A stretch of 56,935 nucleotides of DNA, from the NCBI GenBank assembly GCA_947491825.1, contig CANLLM010000004.1, positions 1 to 56,935 on the forward strand, written 5' to 3'. Positions 27,884 through 38,626 of the stretch are shown here, piece by piece; the first letter of the stretch is position 1, and each line of letters opens with the position of its first letter. A program made the translations under genes and the position numbers. This DNA comes from Bacteroidota bacterium (GTDB lineage Bacteria; Bacteroidota; Bacteroidia; UKL13-3). Under the pieces are notes generated by a model, which was not told where the DNA came from, searched no databases, and worked only from the letters and a program-made list of their open reading frames with translations.

Positions 27884-30829
27884 TTATTCAGCCCTATTTT
27901 TTTTATCGAAATCAATTACAATTGGTGTAGCAATTGCAATAGAAGAGTAAGTACCAAACACGATACCAACCAATAAAGCAAAGGTAAAGCCTTTAATAAC
28001 TTCACCACCAAATATAAACAGTACCACCGCAACCATAAACACGGTTAGTGAGGTAATGATTGTACGGCTTAATGTGATATTAAGCGCCTTATTAATTACA
28101 ATACCTTGTTTTTCGGTTTTGTTTTCAGCCAAGTTTTCGCGAATACGATCGAACACAACCACAGTATCATTAATAGAGAAACCAATAATGGTTAATATAG
28201 CTGCAATAAAGTTTTGATCTACCTCCATAGGGAAAGGCATGATGCCATCAAAAATAGAGTATAAACCTAACATCATTAATACGTCATGTGTTAAGGCTAT
28301 AATCGCTCCCAAAGCATATTGCCATTTGCGGAAGCGAATCAACACATATAATCCAATTCCTAACAAGGCTATTATTGCTGCCCAAAAAGAGGCTACCTTA
28401 ATATCGTTTGCTATGGTTGGTCCAACTTTGGCAGAACTTAATATTTTACTTGTACCGCCAATTGCTGTTAAACCTTCATTTAATTTTGATTCTACAATTT
28501 CACTTGTGTTTGCTCCTGTTTCGTTTATTAAATAAGTGGTAGTAATTTTATATTTGGTATCGCTACCATAAGTTTTAACTTCTGGTGCGCTTCCAAAAGG
28601 AGCAGTTAACTTTTCACGAATTTCGTTTTGTCCAACTGATTTATCGAACTCCACTACATAAGTCCAGCCACCTTTAAAATCTACACCAAGGGTAAATCCT
28701 TTGGTAAATATAGAAACCAAACCGGCTAAAATTAATACACTAGAAAAGATGTAGAACTTAGAGCGGTTAGCAACAAATTTGTAATTTAAATTTTGGAATA
28801 AACCTTTTGAGAATCCGGTAACATAATTGATCACTTTACCTTTTTCTAATTGCCACTCTGTTATTACACGAGATAACAATACCGCGGTAAACATGGAAGA
28901 TAAAATACCAATAATTAAAGTAATGGCAAATCCTTGAACTGGTCCTGTACCAAAACTATACAATACAAAACCTGCCAAGAGGGTTGTTAAGTTTGCATCA
29001 ATAATTGAAGAGGCTGCATGAGCATACCCATCTGAAACTGCATTTTTTAAACTACGTGAGTTATGAGCCAATTCTTCTTTTATACGTTCGTTAATTAACA
29101 CGTTTGCATCTACTGCCATACCAATAGTTAACACGATACCAGCTATACCTGGTAATGTTAGTGCCGCACCTAAGCTGGCCAACACTCCCATGATAAAAAA
29201 TACGTTAGCCAATACCGCAATATCAGCAATGTAACCGCTGTTGCCATAGTAAACTACCATGAATATTAATATTACAATAGTAGCTATTACCATACTCCAT
29301 AAGCCTTGGTTAATACTTTCGGCACCTAAAGTTGGTCCTACTACTGCTTCTTCAACGATACGTGTTGGTGCGGGTAATTTACCTGCTTTTAAAATATTAG
29401 CTAAATCACCTGCTTCTTCGCTGGTAAAGTTACCGTTAATTGAAGAACGACCATTTGGAATTTCGTTTTGTACATTTGGTGATGAGTAAACTAAATCGTC
29501 TAACACAATGGCAATAGAACGACCAATGTTTGATTTCGTTAAGTTTTTCCATATGCGAGCACCATCAGCATTCATGCTCATGCTTACTTCTATTTCTCCA
29601 TTCTGGCCAATATCTCTGCGTGCATCTATTACTTTATCACCTTCTAATTGTGCGCCACCATTCATTGCAGTTTTCACTGCGTGCAACATCACTACATCAC
29701 CATTGTCACCAATGGCTTTGCTTTCCCATAAAAATTTAATGTTATTAGGTAATGAATTACGCACTTCTGCACGTTCTAATAATGCGTTTACCTTTGCCGT
29801 ATCCCTAATAGACGACATTCCACAAATAGAACCGCGTTCAGCTAACATTCCTTTTTCATCAGCGTTAGGACGTAACACAGCAAACAATGGGTTTTCTTTG
29901 GTAAAGTTTTCTATTTTCTTTTGGGTTGAATCAGCACCTGCGCTTACAGTCGTGTCTGTTGATTTTTTAGTGCCTGATAAGCCAGCTAATGCGCTGCTTT
30001 TTTGTGTTGTATCGGTACTGTTACTATCAACCCCAGTTAATGCTGCGCCTGATCCATTTGCTTTTGCTAGAATGGTATTTGCATCAGATAAGTATTTAAA
30101 CGCTTCAGGATTAGTAAACGTTTCGTAGAACTCTAATTTGGCAGATCCTTGTAATAATTTACGAACACGAGCAGGATTATCAACACCTGGTAACTCAACT
30201 AAAATACGGCCACTACCTTCTAATTTTTGAATATTAGGTTGTGTTACACCGAATTTGTCAATACGAGCTCGTAAAATTTGGAATGAACGATCGATTGCTT
30301 GATTGGCTTCCTCTCTGATGTATGTAATAACTTCAGTATTTGTTGAGGAAGGTTTTACTTTTTCTTTGTTGGTTTGATTTGCAAATACAGCAGCCAATTT
30401 CCCTTCAGGAGCCAATTCAGTGTATGTTTCACCAAATAAGGTAACGTAATCTTTCTGACTTGTCTTGATTTTTTCGTTAGTTACTTCAATGGCTTTGTTA
30501 AATGTAGCATCAGAATTATTGTTTGACAATGATCTAATCAAATCACCAATGGAAACTTCTAATGTTACGTTCATACCGCCTTGTAAGTCTAAACCTAAGT
30601 TTAACTCACGCTCTTTGCACTCTAAGTAGGTAAATTTTTTAAAGCCTAAGTTTACCAATGGCTCGCGAGCAATAGAATCTAAATATGCTCTTTCTTTAAC
30701 AACATCGCCATTGGCAAACTCTTTTGCCGTTTGTTCTGCACGGTAAGTAAACCAGGTAAATGATAACTGGAATAAACATACCACTGTAAGTGCGATTGCG
30801 AATAACTTAATTGCGCCTTTACTTTTCAT
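27884..30829 (-). CDS. secDF: Protein translocase subunit SecDF (fused)
   Basis: LGLDLQGG, RIDKFGV, RILVELPG, VGPTLG, GMAVDANVLI, LGVDFKGG, GFSINDTVVVFDRIRE. Confidence 0.97.
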   Translation of the reverse strand: MKSKGAIKLFAIALTVVCLFQLSFTWFTYRAEQTAKEFANGDVVKERAYLDSIAREPLVNLGFKKFTYLECKERELNLGLDLQGGMNVTLEVSIGDLIRSLSNNNSDATFNKAIEVTNEKIKTSQKDYVTLFGETYTELAPEGKLAAVFANQTNKEKVKPSSTNTEVITYIREEANQAIDRSFQILRARIDKFGVTQPNIQKLEGSGRILVELPGVDNPARVRKLLQGSAKLEFYETFTNPEAFKYLSDANTILAKANGSGAALTGVDSNSTDTTQKSSALAGLSGTKKSTDTTVSAGADSTQKKIENFTKENPLFAVLRPNADEKGMLAERGSICGMSSIRDTAKVNALLERAEVRNSLPNNIKFLWESKAIGDNGDVVMLHAVKTAMNGGAQLEGDKVIDARRDIGQNGEIEVSMSMNADGARIWKNLTKSNIGRSIAIVLDDLVYSSPNVQNEIPNGRSSINGNFTSEEAGDLANILKAGKLPAPTRIVEEAVVGPTLGAESINQGLWSMVIATIVILIFMVVYYGNSGYIADIAVLANVFFIMGVLASLGAALTLPGIAGIVLTIGMAVDANVLINERIKEELAHNSRSLKNAVSDGYAHAASSIIDANLTTLLAGFVLYSFGTGPVQGFAITLIIGILSSMFTAVLLSRVITEWQLEKGKVINYVTGFSKGLFQNLNYKFVANRSKFYIFSSVLILAGLVSIFTKGFTLGVDFKGGWTYVVEFDKSVGQNEIREKLTAPFGSAPEVKTYGSDTKYKITTTYLINETGANTSEIVESKLNEGLTAIGGTSKILSSAKVGPTIANDIKVASFWAAIIALLGIGLYVLIRFRKWQYALGAIIALTHDVLMMLGLYSIFDGIMPFPMEVDQNFIAAILTIIGFSINDTVVVFDRIRENLAENKTEKQGIVINKALNITLSRTIITSLTVFMVAVVLFIFGGEVIKGFTFALLVGIVFGTYSSIAIATPIVIDFDKKNRAE

Positions 30830-30952
30830 CTTTCTATGTTATAATTTAATTTGCTCGTATTTGAAATATTGCGAAGTGGGCAAATATAACCGCTCAGTCA
30901 TATTTTTACAACCTTTATTAAAAAACAATTTAAGTGTTGATTAACAATTGGT

Positions 30953-31606
30953 TTAAGGATTTTTGGTACTTGCTGGGTTATTTAATGGATGATTTAATTT
31001 CCACCTGAAATGGTCTTCAACAACTTTTAAACTGTTGTTAAAATGCGCATTGTTGTTAATGATGATATCTGCTTGCACTTTATATGGCTCAAGGTATTTC
31101 CTAAAAGCGGGCATAACATGGTTATTCCATTGGTATTGAACAAAATCAGCTGGAATATTCCGTTCCAATGTATCTCGCTTTAACCTTCGCTGCAATTGTA
31201 AATCCTCATTAGCTTCTATAAAAAGTTTCAGGTTAAAGTGAGATGATATGTCCTCTCTGTAAAATATAAATAGCCCCTCTATAATCACAATTGGGGCTGA
31301 TTCAAATTCAAGCCAATCGCCTATTTGTTCCTCGTGTTGAAAACGGTATTCTCTTCTTCTAACTCCTTCACCTAAAGATAATTTAATGATATCATTTTTA
31401 AAAGCATCCAAATCAATGCAATCTGGAAGATCATAGTTTATATGACCGTTTTCATCTTTAGCTTGCTCTCCAGCAGGCCTGTAATAGTTGTCTTGCGAGA
31501 GTATACATACTTCATTCGGGCCAAATAAATTGCCAATCTCACGCAAAAAACTTGTTTTACCACTAGCGCTACCTCCTGTAATACCCACTAAATAAGGTTT
31601 ATTCAT
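30953..31606 (-). CDS. udk: Uridine kinase
   Basis: GITGGSASGKT P-loop, QDNYY, IIIEGLF, RRLKRD..ER, ADIII. Confidence 0.85.
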   Translation of the reverse strand: MNKPYLVGITGGSASGKTSFLREIGNLFGPNEVCILSQDNYYRPAGEQAKDENGHINYDLPDCIDLDAFKNDIIKLSLGEGVRRREYRFQHEEQIGDWLEFESAPIVIIEGLFIFYREDISSHFNLKLFIEANEDLQLQRRLKRDTLERNIPADFVQYQWNNHVMPAFRKYLEPYKVQADIIINNNAHFNNSLKVVEDHFRWKLNHPLNNPASTKNP

Positions 31607-31712
31607 GTTTTAAGTCTATTAACCTTTAAATACAGCCTGCAATTAGCCACTTTGATTGAGATATAACAAGCCTAATATTAATTATGTGGTGTTATCCGAT
31701 AAAAAAAGTACT

Positions 31713-31760
31713 GAAACTATTTACTCATTGGAAACTATTTTAATGTAAATAGTTTCCAAT
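31713..31760. promoter_or_regulatory. Candidate TetR operator upstream of the efflux operon
   Basis: Perfect 14-bp inverted repeat ATTGGAAACTATTT (31727-31740) N6 AAATAGTTTCCAAT (31747-31760) plus an extra half-site GAAACTATTT at 31713; -7 element TACCTTCG at 31775-31782. Confidence 0.7.
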
Positions 31761-31800
31761 ATTAATAATTATATTACCTTCGCATGCGAAATTTTTTAGG

Positions 31801-32421
31801 ATGAGTGAAATTAAAGATAAAATATTAACTGAAGCAGAGCAGCTATTTATGCGTTATGGGTTTAAAAGTATAACCATGGATGACGTTGCCCGAGAGCTAG
31901 GTGTATCTAAGAAAACGCTGTATCAGTTTTTTACCGATAAAAATGATTTGGTTAACCAGTGTGTATCACATCATTTGGATAACATGAACATACTTTGTTG
32001 CAGTGTGGTTGACAGCAAAGATTTGGATGCCATAAGTGTATTACTCCAAATCTCTGAAAAAATTAATGTAGTTATAAGGCATATTAATCCAAGTAGCATG
32101 TTCGATTTGAAAAAGTATTTTAAAGGTGCTTGGGATAAACTAGAGGCAGATAGAAGAAGTTTTATTAAAAAATTAATTCAAGACAACATTGTTTTTGGAG
32201 TTAAAAACGGACTTTACAGAAAAGATTTGGATGTAGACCTTGTGAGTAGGATTTATATTTATTTAGTTAGTTTTTTAATCAATCCCGATAATTATGATAA
32301 AGAGGAAATGGACATCAAAGTGATGCATTTAGAAATTGTAAAGTACCATTTACGCAGTATTTGTACTGCTAAAGGCACAGCGTTACTAGAAGAGAAATTA
32401 TTAGCCATAAGAAATAAATAA
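31801..32421 (+). CDS. TetR/AcrR family transcriptional regulator
   Basis: LFMRYGFKSITMDDVARELGVSKKTLYQFF helix-turn-helix. Confidence 0.93.
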   Translation: MSEIKDKILTEAEQLFMRYGFKSITMDDVARELGVSKKTLYQFFTDKNDLVNQCVSHHLDNMNILCCSVVDSKDLDAISVLLQISEKINVVIRHINPSSMFDLKKYFKGAWDKLEADRRSFIKKLIQDNIVFGVKNGLYRKDLDVDLVSRIYIYLVSFLINPDNYDKEEMDIKVMHLEIVKYHLRSICTAKGTALLEEKLLAIRNK

Positions 32422-32425
32422 TACA

Positions 32426-33766
32426 ATGAATAAGTTTAAGTCGATAAAATACGCTAGTTTATTTGTACTGTGTTTTGGGGTAGTGTTTAATGCCGTTGCA
32501 CAACAACAAGCCGAAGCCAAAAAGTTTTCATTACAAGACGCAGTAGCGCACGCGAAAAAGTACAATAGTGCCCTAAAAAATAGTGCACTTGATGTCATTG
32601 CCGCTGAGAAAAAAGTAAAAGAAGTATTGGCTTTAGGCTTACCTAATGTAAATGCAACTGGAAGTTTCAATAACTATTTAACAGTACCTTCTAGTGTTAT
32701 AGATTTTGGTGGAGCCAAACAAGTAATACGTTTTGGTGTTCCTTTCTCTGCAACAGGAAGCATTGCTGCCAGTCAGCTGTTGTTTGACGGAGGATTTTTG
32801 ATGGGATTAAAAGCTTCGAAAGAGTATGTTCAGTTGGCTAAAATAAATTTAAAACGTACCGAAATAGAAACAGAAATTTCGGTAAGTAAAACATACTATG
32901 GAATTTTACTGGCACAAACATCGCTAAAGCTGATCAATGCCAACCTTGATGCTTTGGGTAAAACCAAATTCGATTTAGAGAAATTAGTTCAAAACGGTTT
33001 TTTAGATAGAACTGAATTTGATAAGATAAGCTTGCAATATTCTTCATTGGAATTGCAGAGGGATAAGCTTATTGATCAACAAAAAACACTTTTGATGGTT
33101 CTTAAAATCCAGTTAGGTTTAAATTTCGATGATCAAATTGAATTAACGGATGAGTTAATGAAAATGTACGAGGCATCTAAAGTAACCATACAAGCAAACA
33201 AGGTTGATTATAATAACCGTTTGGAGTACCAGTTAATTAATCAAGCTATTTCTTTAAACACCCTGGATAAGAATAGATATCAGTTTGGTTATGCGCCAAG
33301 TTTAGTTGGTATTTTTTCTACCCAGCGTAATAGTTTCGGGCAAACATTTGGTGATTTGGGCAAGAATTGGTACGAAGGAACTCTTTGGGGTTTAAACCTA
33401 AGTATTCCAATATTTGATGGGTTTAAAAAATCTGCGCAAATACAACAAGCAACTATCAACATAAAAAAAGCCGAGAATGATAAAATCGTGCTGAGTAATT
33501 TAATAGAGCAGGAAGTTTTTATTGCCCGAACAACTTATGATCGTTCTGCTAAGCAATTGGAAGTGCAGAAAAAGAACTTAGACCTTGCACAAGACATTTA
33601 TAATAGAACTGAATTAAAGTTTAAAAATGGTTTAACATCAAGTTTAGAATTAACTATCACTCAAAGAGATTTGGAAACTGCTCGTGCATCTTACCTGAAT
33701 ACCATGTACGATTATTTTGTCGCACAACTTGATTTACGTAAAGCCTTAGGTGATTTAAATAAATAA
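32426..33766 (+). CDS. TolC-family outer membrane efflux protein
   Basis: Signal peptide, FSLQDAVAHAKKYN, LSIPIFDG, helical hairpins; in an operon with MFP and RND genes. Confidence 0.9.
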   Translation: MNKFKSIKYASLFVLCFGVVFNAVAQQQAEAKKFSLQDAVAHAKKYNSALKNSALDVIAAEKKVKEVLALGLPNVNATGSFNNYLTVPSSVIDFGGAKQVIRFGVPFSATGSIAASQLLFDGGFLMGLKASKEYVQLAKINLKRTEIETEISVSKTYYGILLAQTSLKLINANLDALGKTKFDLEKLVQNGFLDRTEFDKISLQYSSLELQRDKLIDQQKTLLMVLKIQLGLNFDDQIELTDELMKMYEASKVTIQANKVDYNNRLEYQLINQAISLNTLDKNRYQFGYAPSLVGIFSTQRNSFGQTFGDLGKNWYEGTLWGLNLSIPIFDGFKKSAQIQQATINIKKAENDKIVLSNLIEQEVFIARTTYDRSAKQLEVQKKNLDLAQDIYNRTELKFKNGLTSSLELTITQRDLETARASYLNTMYDYFVAQLDLRKALGDLNK

Positions 33767-33777
33767 AAACAATAGAT

Positions 33778-34917
33778 ATGAATAAGATAAAATTAATTTT
33801 TTGGGCAACAAGTGTTGTTGTTCTATTAGCAGCGTGTGGAGCAGGAAACAACCTTGAATCCAAGAAGGCAGAACTTGAAAAGTTAAAAGCAAAACAAACT
33901 GAAATAGCTGCTCAAATTACCAGCCTGCAAGAAGAAATTGTAGCTATCGGAGACAGCTCAAAAAACGAAAATAGCCGGGCTAAAATTGTTGCTATCACTA
34001 CCCTAGCTAAGCAGGCATTTCTTCATGCTGTTGATGTACAAGGACGTGTTGATGGTGATGAAAATATTACATACAGTGCTAAAGTACCTAGTGCAGTAAA
34101 ACGAGTAAATGTTAAGGTTGGAGACAGGGTTTCGGCAGGCCAAATTTTAGCTGAACTAGATGCCGATGTGGTAAAATCGCAAATTGAAACACTTAAAAAA
34201 GGTCTGGAATTAGCCAATACCGTATACGAGAAACGTAAATCGTTATGGGAACAAAAAGTGGGAAGTGAAATAGAATTTTTGCAAGCAAAAAACCAAAAGG
34301 AAAATTTAGAAAAACAAATTGCCTCTGTTAAAGAGAATCTTGGTATGTATTTTATAAAATCTGAATACAATGGTACTGTTGATTTGGTAAGTATTAAAGT
34401 TGGTCAAGGTATTGCCCCTGGTTTTCCTGCAATAAGTGTGGTTAATCCTGCGGCTTTAAAAATTAAAGCAGATTTATCAGAGTCGTATTCAAATATTGTA
34501 AAACAAGGTAATCCTGTTTTAGTAAATTTTCCAGATATCAATAAATCAGTAAAGTCTTCGGTTTCTTATTCGTCAAAATCTATTAATGCATTAACACGTA
34601 CGTTTAATCTAGAGGTAGCCTTGCCAAATGATAATGAGCTCCACCCTAACATGGTAGCCGAAATTAAAATTATTGATTATGAGAACAAAAATGCAACGGT
34701 TATTCCAATCAATACTATTCAAGAAATAGATGGTGAAAAATTGGTCTACATTATCGCAAAAAATGCTAATAATGAAATGATTGCTAAAAAGAGACCTGTA
34801 ACTGTTGGGAGAACATACGGAACGAGTGCTGAAATCTTAAGTGGTTTAAATGAAGGAGACCAATTAATTACCACAGGTTTCCAAGATTTAACCGATGGTC
34901 AGGTAATTAAATTATAG
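33778..34917 (+). CDS. RND efflux periplasmic adaptor (MFP) lipoprotein
   Basis: Lipobox LAAC, VKVGDRVSAGQILAEL lipoyl half, TRTF, GLNEGDQLI. Confidence 0.92.
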   Translation: MNKIKLIFWATSVVVLLAACGAGNNLESKKAELEKLKAKQTEIAAQITSLQEEIVAIGDSSKNENSRAKIVAITTLAKQAFLHAVDVQGRVDGDENITYSAKVPSAVKRVNVKVGDRVSAGQILAELDADVVKSQIETLKKGLELANTVYEKRKSLWEQKVGSEIEFLQAKNQKENLEKQIASVKENLGMYFIKSEYNGTVDLVSIKVGQGIAPGFPAISVVNPAALKIKADLSESYSNIVKQGNPVLVNFPDINKSVKSSVSYSSKSINALTRTFNLEVALPNDNELHPNMVAEIKIIDYENKNATVIPINTIQEIDGEKLVYIIAKNANNEMIAKKRPVTVGRTYGTSAEILSGLNEGDQLITTGFQDLTDGQVIKL

Positions 34918-34961
34918 TATCACATAGCTTGTAAATTTAAATAGAATAAAAAGTCAGTCAT

Positions 34962-37900
34962 ATGCACGATACAAATAAAGAATTTAAGCCTTCCAGTTGG
35001 AGTATAGATAATAAAACTAGTATATATATAGTTACCATTATCATTACGCTTGCCGGATTGCTTTCATATATTAAACTGCCCAAAGAACAATTTCCGGAGG
35101 TTAAGTTTCCAAGTATTCTAATCACCACTATTTATCCTGGTACATCACCCACGGATATGGAGCAGTTGGTTACCAAACAAATTGAAAAACAAATTAAAAC
35201 AATTGTTGGTGTTAAAAAAGTGAAGAGTAATTCAGTTCAAGATTTTTCGGTTATAAACGTAGAGTTTAATACCGATCAAAATGTTGATTTGGCTTTGCAG
35301 CGTGTTAAAGATGCTGTTGATAAAGCAAAAAACGATTTACCTAAAAACTTACCTGAAGATCCGCAAGTAAGGGATATTGATGTTTCTCAAATGCCCATTA
35401 TGCAAGTTCACGTAAGTGGCGATTATCCTTTGGATAAGTTAAAAAGATATGCTGAAGACTTACAAAATGAAATTGAAGGCCTAAAAGAAATTACTGAGGC
35501 CAGACTAGTAGGTGCTTTAGAGCGTGAGATTCAAGTGAATGTTGACATGTATAAAGCCCAGGTTGCCAATATTACATTTATGGATATTGAAAATGCAATC
35601 AAATATGAAAACATGACCATTAGTGGTGGCTTGATTGACATGGATGGTTTAAAAAGAGCCATTAGTGTTAAAGGTGAATACAGAGACCCCAACAAAATTG
35701 GTGATATTGTTATTCGCGGATCCACAGGCGCAATAGTATACTTAAAAGATATTGCTGAAATAAAAGATGCTTACGAAGAAAAATCGAGTTATGCGCGCTT
35801 GGAGGGCAAAAACGTTATTAGTTTAAATGTAATTAAACGCAGTGGCGAAAATTTAATTTCTGCTTCAGACAAAATTCGAGAAATATCAGATAGGTTGAGT
35901 AAGGAGAAATTCCCATCAGACCTGAAAGTTACCATTACGGGTGATCAATCTCAAAAAACACGCGTAACCTTACATGACTTGATTAATACCATTATCATTG
36001 GTTTTATTTTGGTTACTATTATTCTCATGTTTTTCATGGGTACAACCAATGCCATTTTTGTGGCTATGTCTGTACCATTATCTTGTGCGGTTGCCTTCAT
36101 GGTTTTTCCTGCTATAGGTTTCAAGTTAAACTTTATTGTTTTGTTCTCGTTTTTATTGGCTTTGGGTATTGTTGTTGATGATGCCATTGTGGTAGTTGAA
36201 AATACCCATCGTATTTTTGCAAACGGTAAAATGCCAATAAAAAAGGCTGCTAAACTTGCCGCAGGTGAGGTGTTTTTGCCTGTTTTCTCAGGCACCATGA
36301 CGACACTTGCTCCTTTCATACCACTAGCGTTTTGGCAAGGTGTTATCGGTAAATTTATGTTTTATTTGCCCATTACTTTAATAGTTACTTTGTTGGCTTC
36401 TTTAGTTGTGGCTTATATCATCAATCCTGTTTTTGCAGTTGATTTTATGAAGACACATGAAGAAGAACAAAAGAATAGAGAAAACAAAAAGGGATACAAA
36501 GTAACTGCAATCATTTTTGGTGTGGTGGCTTTATTATCATACCTATCAGGTAATATTGGGTTAGGTAATTTTGCTATTATTATGTTCGGTTTATATTCAT
36601 TAAATCGATTTGTGTTTTGGAAATGGATTCAAAAGTTTCAAGAAAGCGTTTGGCCTCGTTTCCAAGATTTTTACAAAGGATTTATGGAATGGGCATTACA
36701 AAAAAATAGACCTATTTGGTTATTGGTAGGTACTTTTGGGTTGTTTATTTTTACTTTCCTACTGGTTGCTTTGGTAAAACCTAAAGTGGTATTTTTTCCT
36801 AAAGCAGATCCCAACTTTATTTATACTTACATTACACTTCCTACAGGAACATCTGCTGCTTACACCGATTCAATTACACAAATTGTAGAGGAAAGAGTTA
36901 CCAAAGTAGTAGGTACAGATAACCCAATTGTAGAGTCAATTATATCAAATGTAGCTGTCGGTGCAAATGATCCTTCACAGTTTGAATATAATTTTAGTCC
37001 AACACCGCATTTAGGAAAAGTAACTGTTGCATTTGTTGAGTTTGGAGAGCGCGATGGGGAATCAACAGTTAGGTACCTCGACCTGATTCGCCAATCAACT
37101 AAAGGTATTCCGGGAGCAGAAGTTATTGTAGAGCAAGAAAGTAGCGGTCCTCCAACAGGGAAACCAATTTCAATTGAAATTAAAGGGGATGACATCAATC
37201 AATTAACAATGGTAAGTGCCGACTTGAAACGTTACCTAGATTCGTTGGCCTACCCTGGTGTTGAAGAGTTAAAATCTGATGTACAAAGTAATAAGCCAGA
37301 GTTGGTAGTTGTTATCGATAGAGAGCGTGCTAATCGCGAAGGTATAAGCACTGCGCAAATAGGTGGTGAGTTACGGACAGCCATTTTTGGTAAGGAAGTA
37401 AGCAAGCTGAAAGATGCCAATGATGAGTATCCAATTCAAATTCGCTACAAAGAGAATCAAAGAAATAGTATTGATGCGATTATGAATTTGAAGATTACTT
37501 ACCGTGATATGAATATGGGTGGGCAAATACGTCAAATACCCCTTTCATCAGTAGCATCTGTAAAATACGGAAATACCTTTGGTGGCATCAAACGCTTAGA
37601 TGATCAACCAATGGTTACCTTATCATCTAATGTATTAAACAATTACAATGCGAATGATATTGTTGGAAAAATGGCCAAATCTATCAAGAGATACAATTTC
37701 CCAACTGGAGTAAGTGCAAAAATGGGCGGTGAGCAACAAGAGCAAGCCGAAACCGGAGCATTTTTGGGAACTGCTTTGTTAACATCATTTGGATTGATCT
37801 TTTTAATATTGGTAACACAGTTTAATTCAATATCAAAACCTATTATAATTTTAAGTGAGATTTTACTCAGTTTAATAGGCGTATTCCTTGGCTTCACCAT

Positions 37901-38333
37901 TTTCAACATGAATATCTCAGTGATGATGACAGGAGTTGGCATTATAGCCTTGGCAGGTATTGTAGTTCGGAATGGTATACTACTGGTTGAGTTCACTGAA
38001 ATTCTAATAAAAGATGGTGTACCATTAAGGGAAGCTATTATTGATGCAGGTCGTACACGTATGACTCCCGTTTTATTAACAGCAACAGCAACCATGCTTG
38101 GTTTGGTTCCACTTGCAGTGGGGTTAAATATCGATTTTGCGTCTTTATTATCAACTGGGAATCCAAAGATTTTCTTTGGCGGTGATAGCGTAGCATTTTG
38201 GGGCCCTTTATCATGGACTATGATTTTTGGTTTATCATTTGCCACCTTCCTGACACTAATTTTAGTGCCGGTAATGTTGTATCTATCGGAAGGATTAAAG
38301 TTAAAGCTAAAAGCTAAACGTGAAATGAAGTAA
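34962..38333 (+). CDS. RND efflux permease (AcrB/AcrD/AcrF family)
   Basis: LPKEQFPEV, GIVVDDAIVVVEN, GIVVRNGILLVE, RMTPVLLT. Confidence 0.95.
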   Translation: MHDTNKEFKPSSWSIDNKTSIYIVTIIITLAGLLSYIKLPKEQFPEVKFPSILITTIYPGTSPTDMEQLVTKQIEKQIKTIVGVKKVKSNSVQDFSVINVEFNTDQNVDLALQRVKDAVDKAKNDLPKNLPEDPQVRDIDVSQMPIMQVHVSGDYPLDKLKRYAEDLQNEIEGLKEITEARLVGALEREIQVNVDMYKAQVANITFMDIENAIKYENMTISGGLIDMDGLKRAISVKGEYRDPNKIGDIVIRGSTGAIVYLKDIAEIKDAYEEKSSYARLEGKNVISLNVIKRSGENLISASDKIREISDRLSKEKFPSDLKVTITGDQSQKTRVTLHDLINTIIIGFILVTIILMFFMGTTNAIFVAMSVPLSCAVAFMVFPAIGFKLNFIVLFSFLLALGIVVDDAIVVVENTHRIFANGKMPIKKAAKLAAGEVFLPVFSGTMTTLAPFIPLAFWQGVIGKFMFYLPITLIVTLLASLVVAYIINPVFAVDFMKTHEEEQKNRENKKGYKVTAIIFGVVALLSYLSGNIGLGNFAIIMFGLYSLNRFVFWKWIQKFQESVWPRFQDFYKGFMEWALQKNRPIWLLVGTFGLFIFTFLLVALVKPKVVFFPKADPNFIYTYITLPTGTSAAYTDSITQIVEERVTKVVGTDNPIVESIISNVAVGANDPSQFEYNFSPTPHLGKVTVAFVEFGERDGESTVRYLDLIRQSTKGIPGAEVIVEQESSGPPTGKPISIEIKGDDINQLTMVSADLKRYLDSLAYPGVEELKSDVQSNKPELVVVIDRERANREGISTAQIGGELRTAIFGKEVSKLKDANDEYPIQIRYKENQRNSIDAIMNLKITYRDMNMGGQIRQIPLSSVASVKYGNTFGGIKRLDDQPMVTLSSNVLNNYNANDIVGKMAKSIKRYNFPTGVSAKMGGEQQEQAETGAFLGTALLTSFGLIFLILVTQFNSISKPIIILSEILLSLIGVFLGFTIFNMNISVMMTGVGIIALAGIVVRNGILLVEFTEILIKDGVPLREAIIDAGRTRMTPVLLTATATMLGLVPLAVGLNIDFASLLSTGNPKIFFGGDSVAFWGPLSWTMIFGLSFATFLTLILVPVMLYLSEGLKLKLKAKREMK

Positions 38334-38535
38334 TGTTATGAAATTCAATGATGGTTTGCCGTTATAAAATTGTTTTTTTAACTCAAAAATCATAAAAAAA
38401 CACAAACCAATGATTGAATGATTGGGCAATAATTTTATCTTTATTATGCGTTTTGATTGGGGAAAGTGTAAATTAAATTGATTTAAAACATTGCATCTTT
38501 GATTAGAGGTGTAATTTGTTTTATAGCCTAGGGTA

Positions 38536-38565
38536 AGCCCCGGAGAAATCTGGGGTTTCACTTTT
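38536..38565 (+). terminator. Probable terminator about 200 nt downstream of the RND gene
   Basis: AAGCCCCGGA-gaaa-TCTGGGGTTT followed by a T-tract. Confidence 0.6.
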
Positions 38566-38626
38566 TATAAGGGTTCCGTTTATTTTCTTACATTTCTAAA
38601 ATGAACTACGTACTTTACAACACCAA

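Noticed and set aside
26938-38245. Long antisense ORFs 26938-27489, 29508-30128 and 37643-38245
   Set aside because: Fully inside conserved genes on the opposite strand; typical codon-bias shadows
38307-38561. 84-aa minus-strand ORF
   Set aside because: It starts in a terminator stem, overlaps the RND stop and has no recognisable motif
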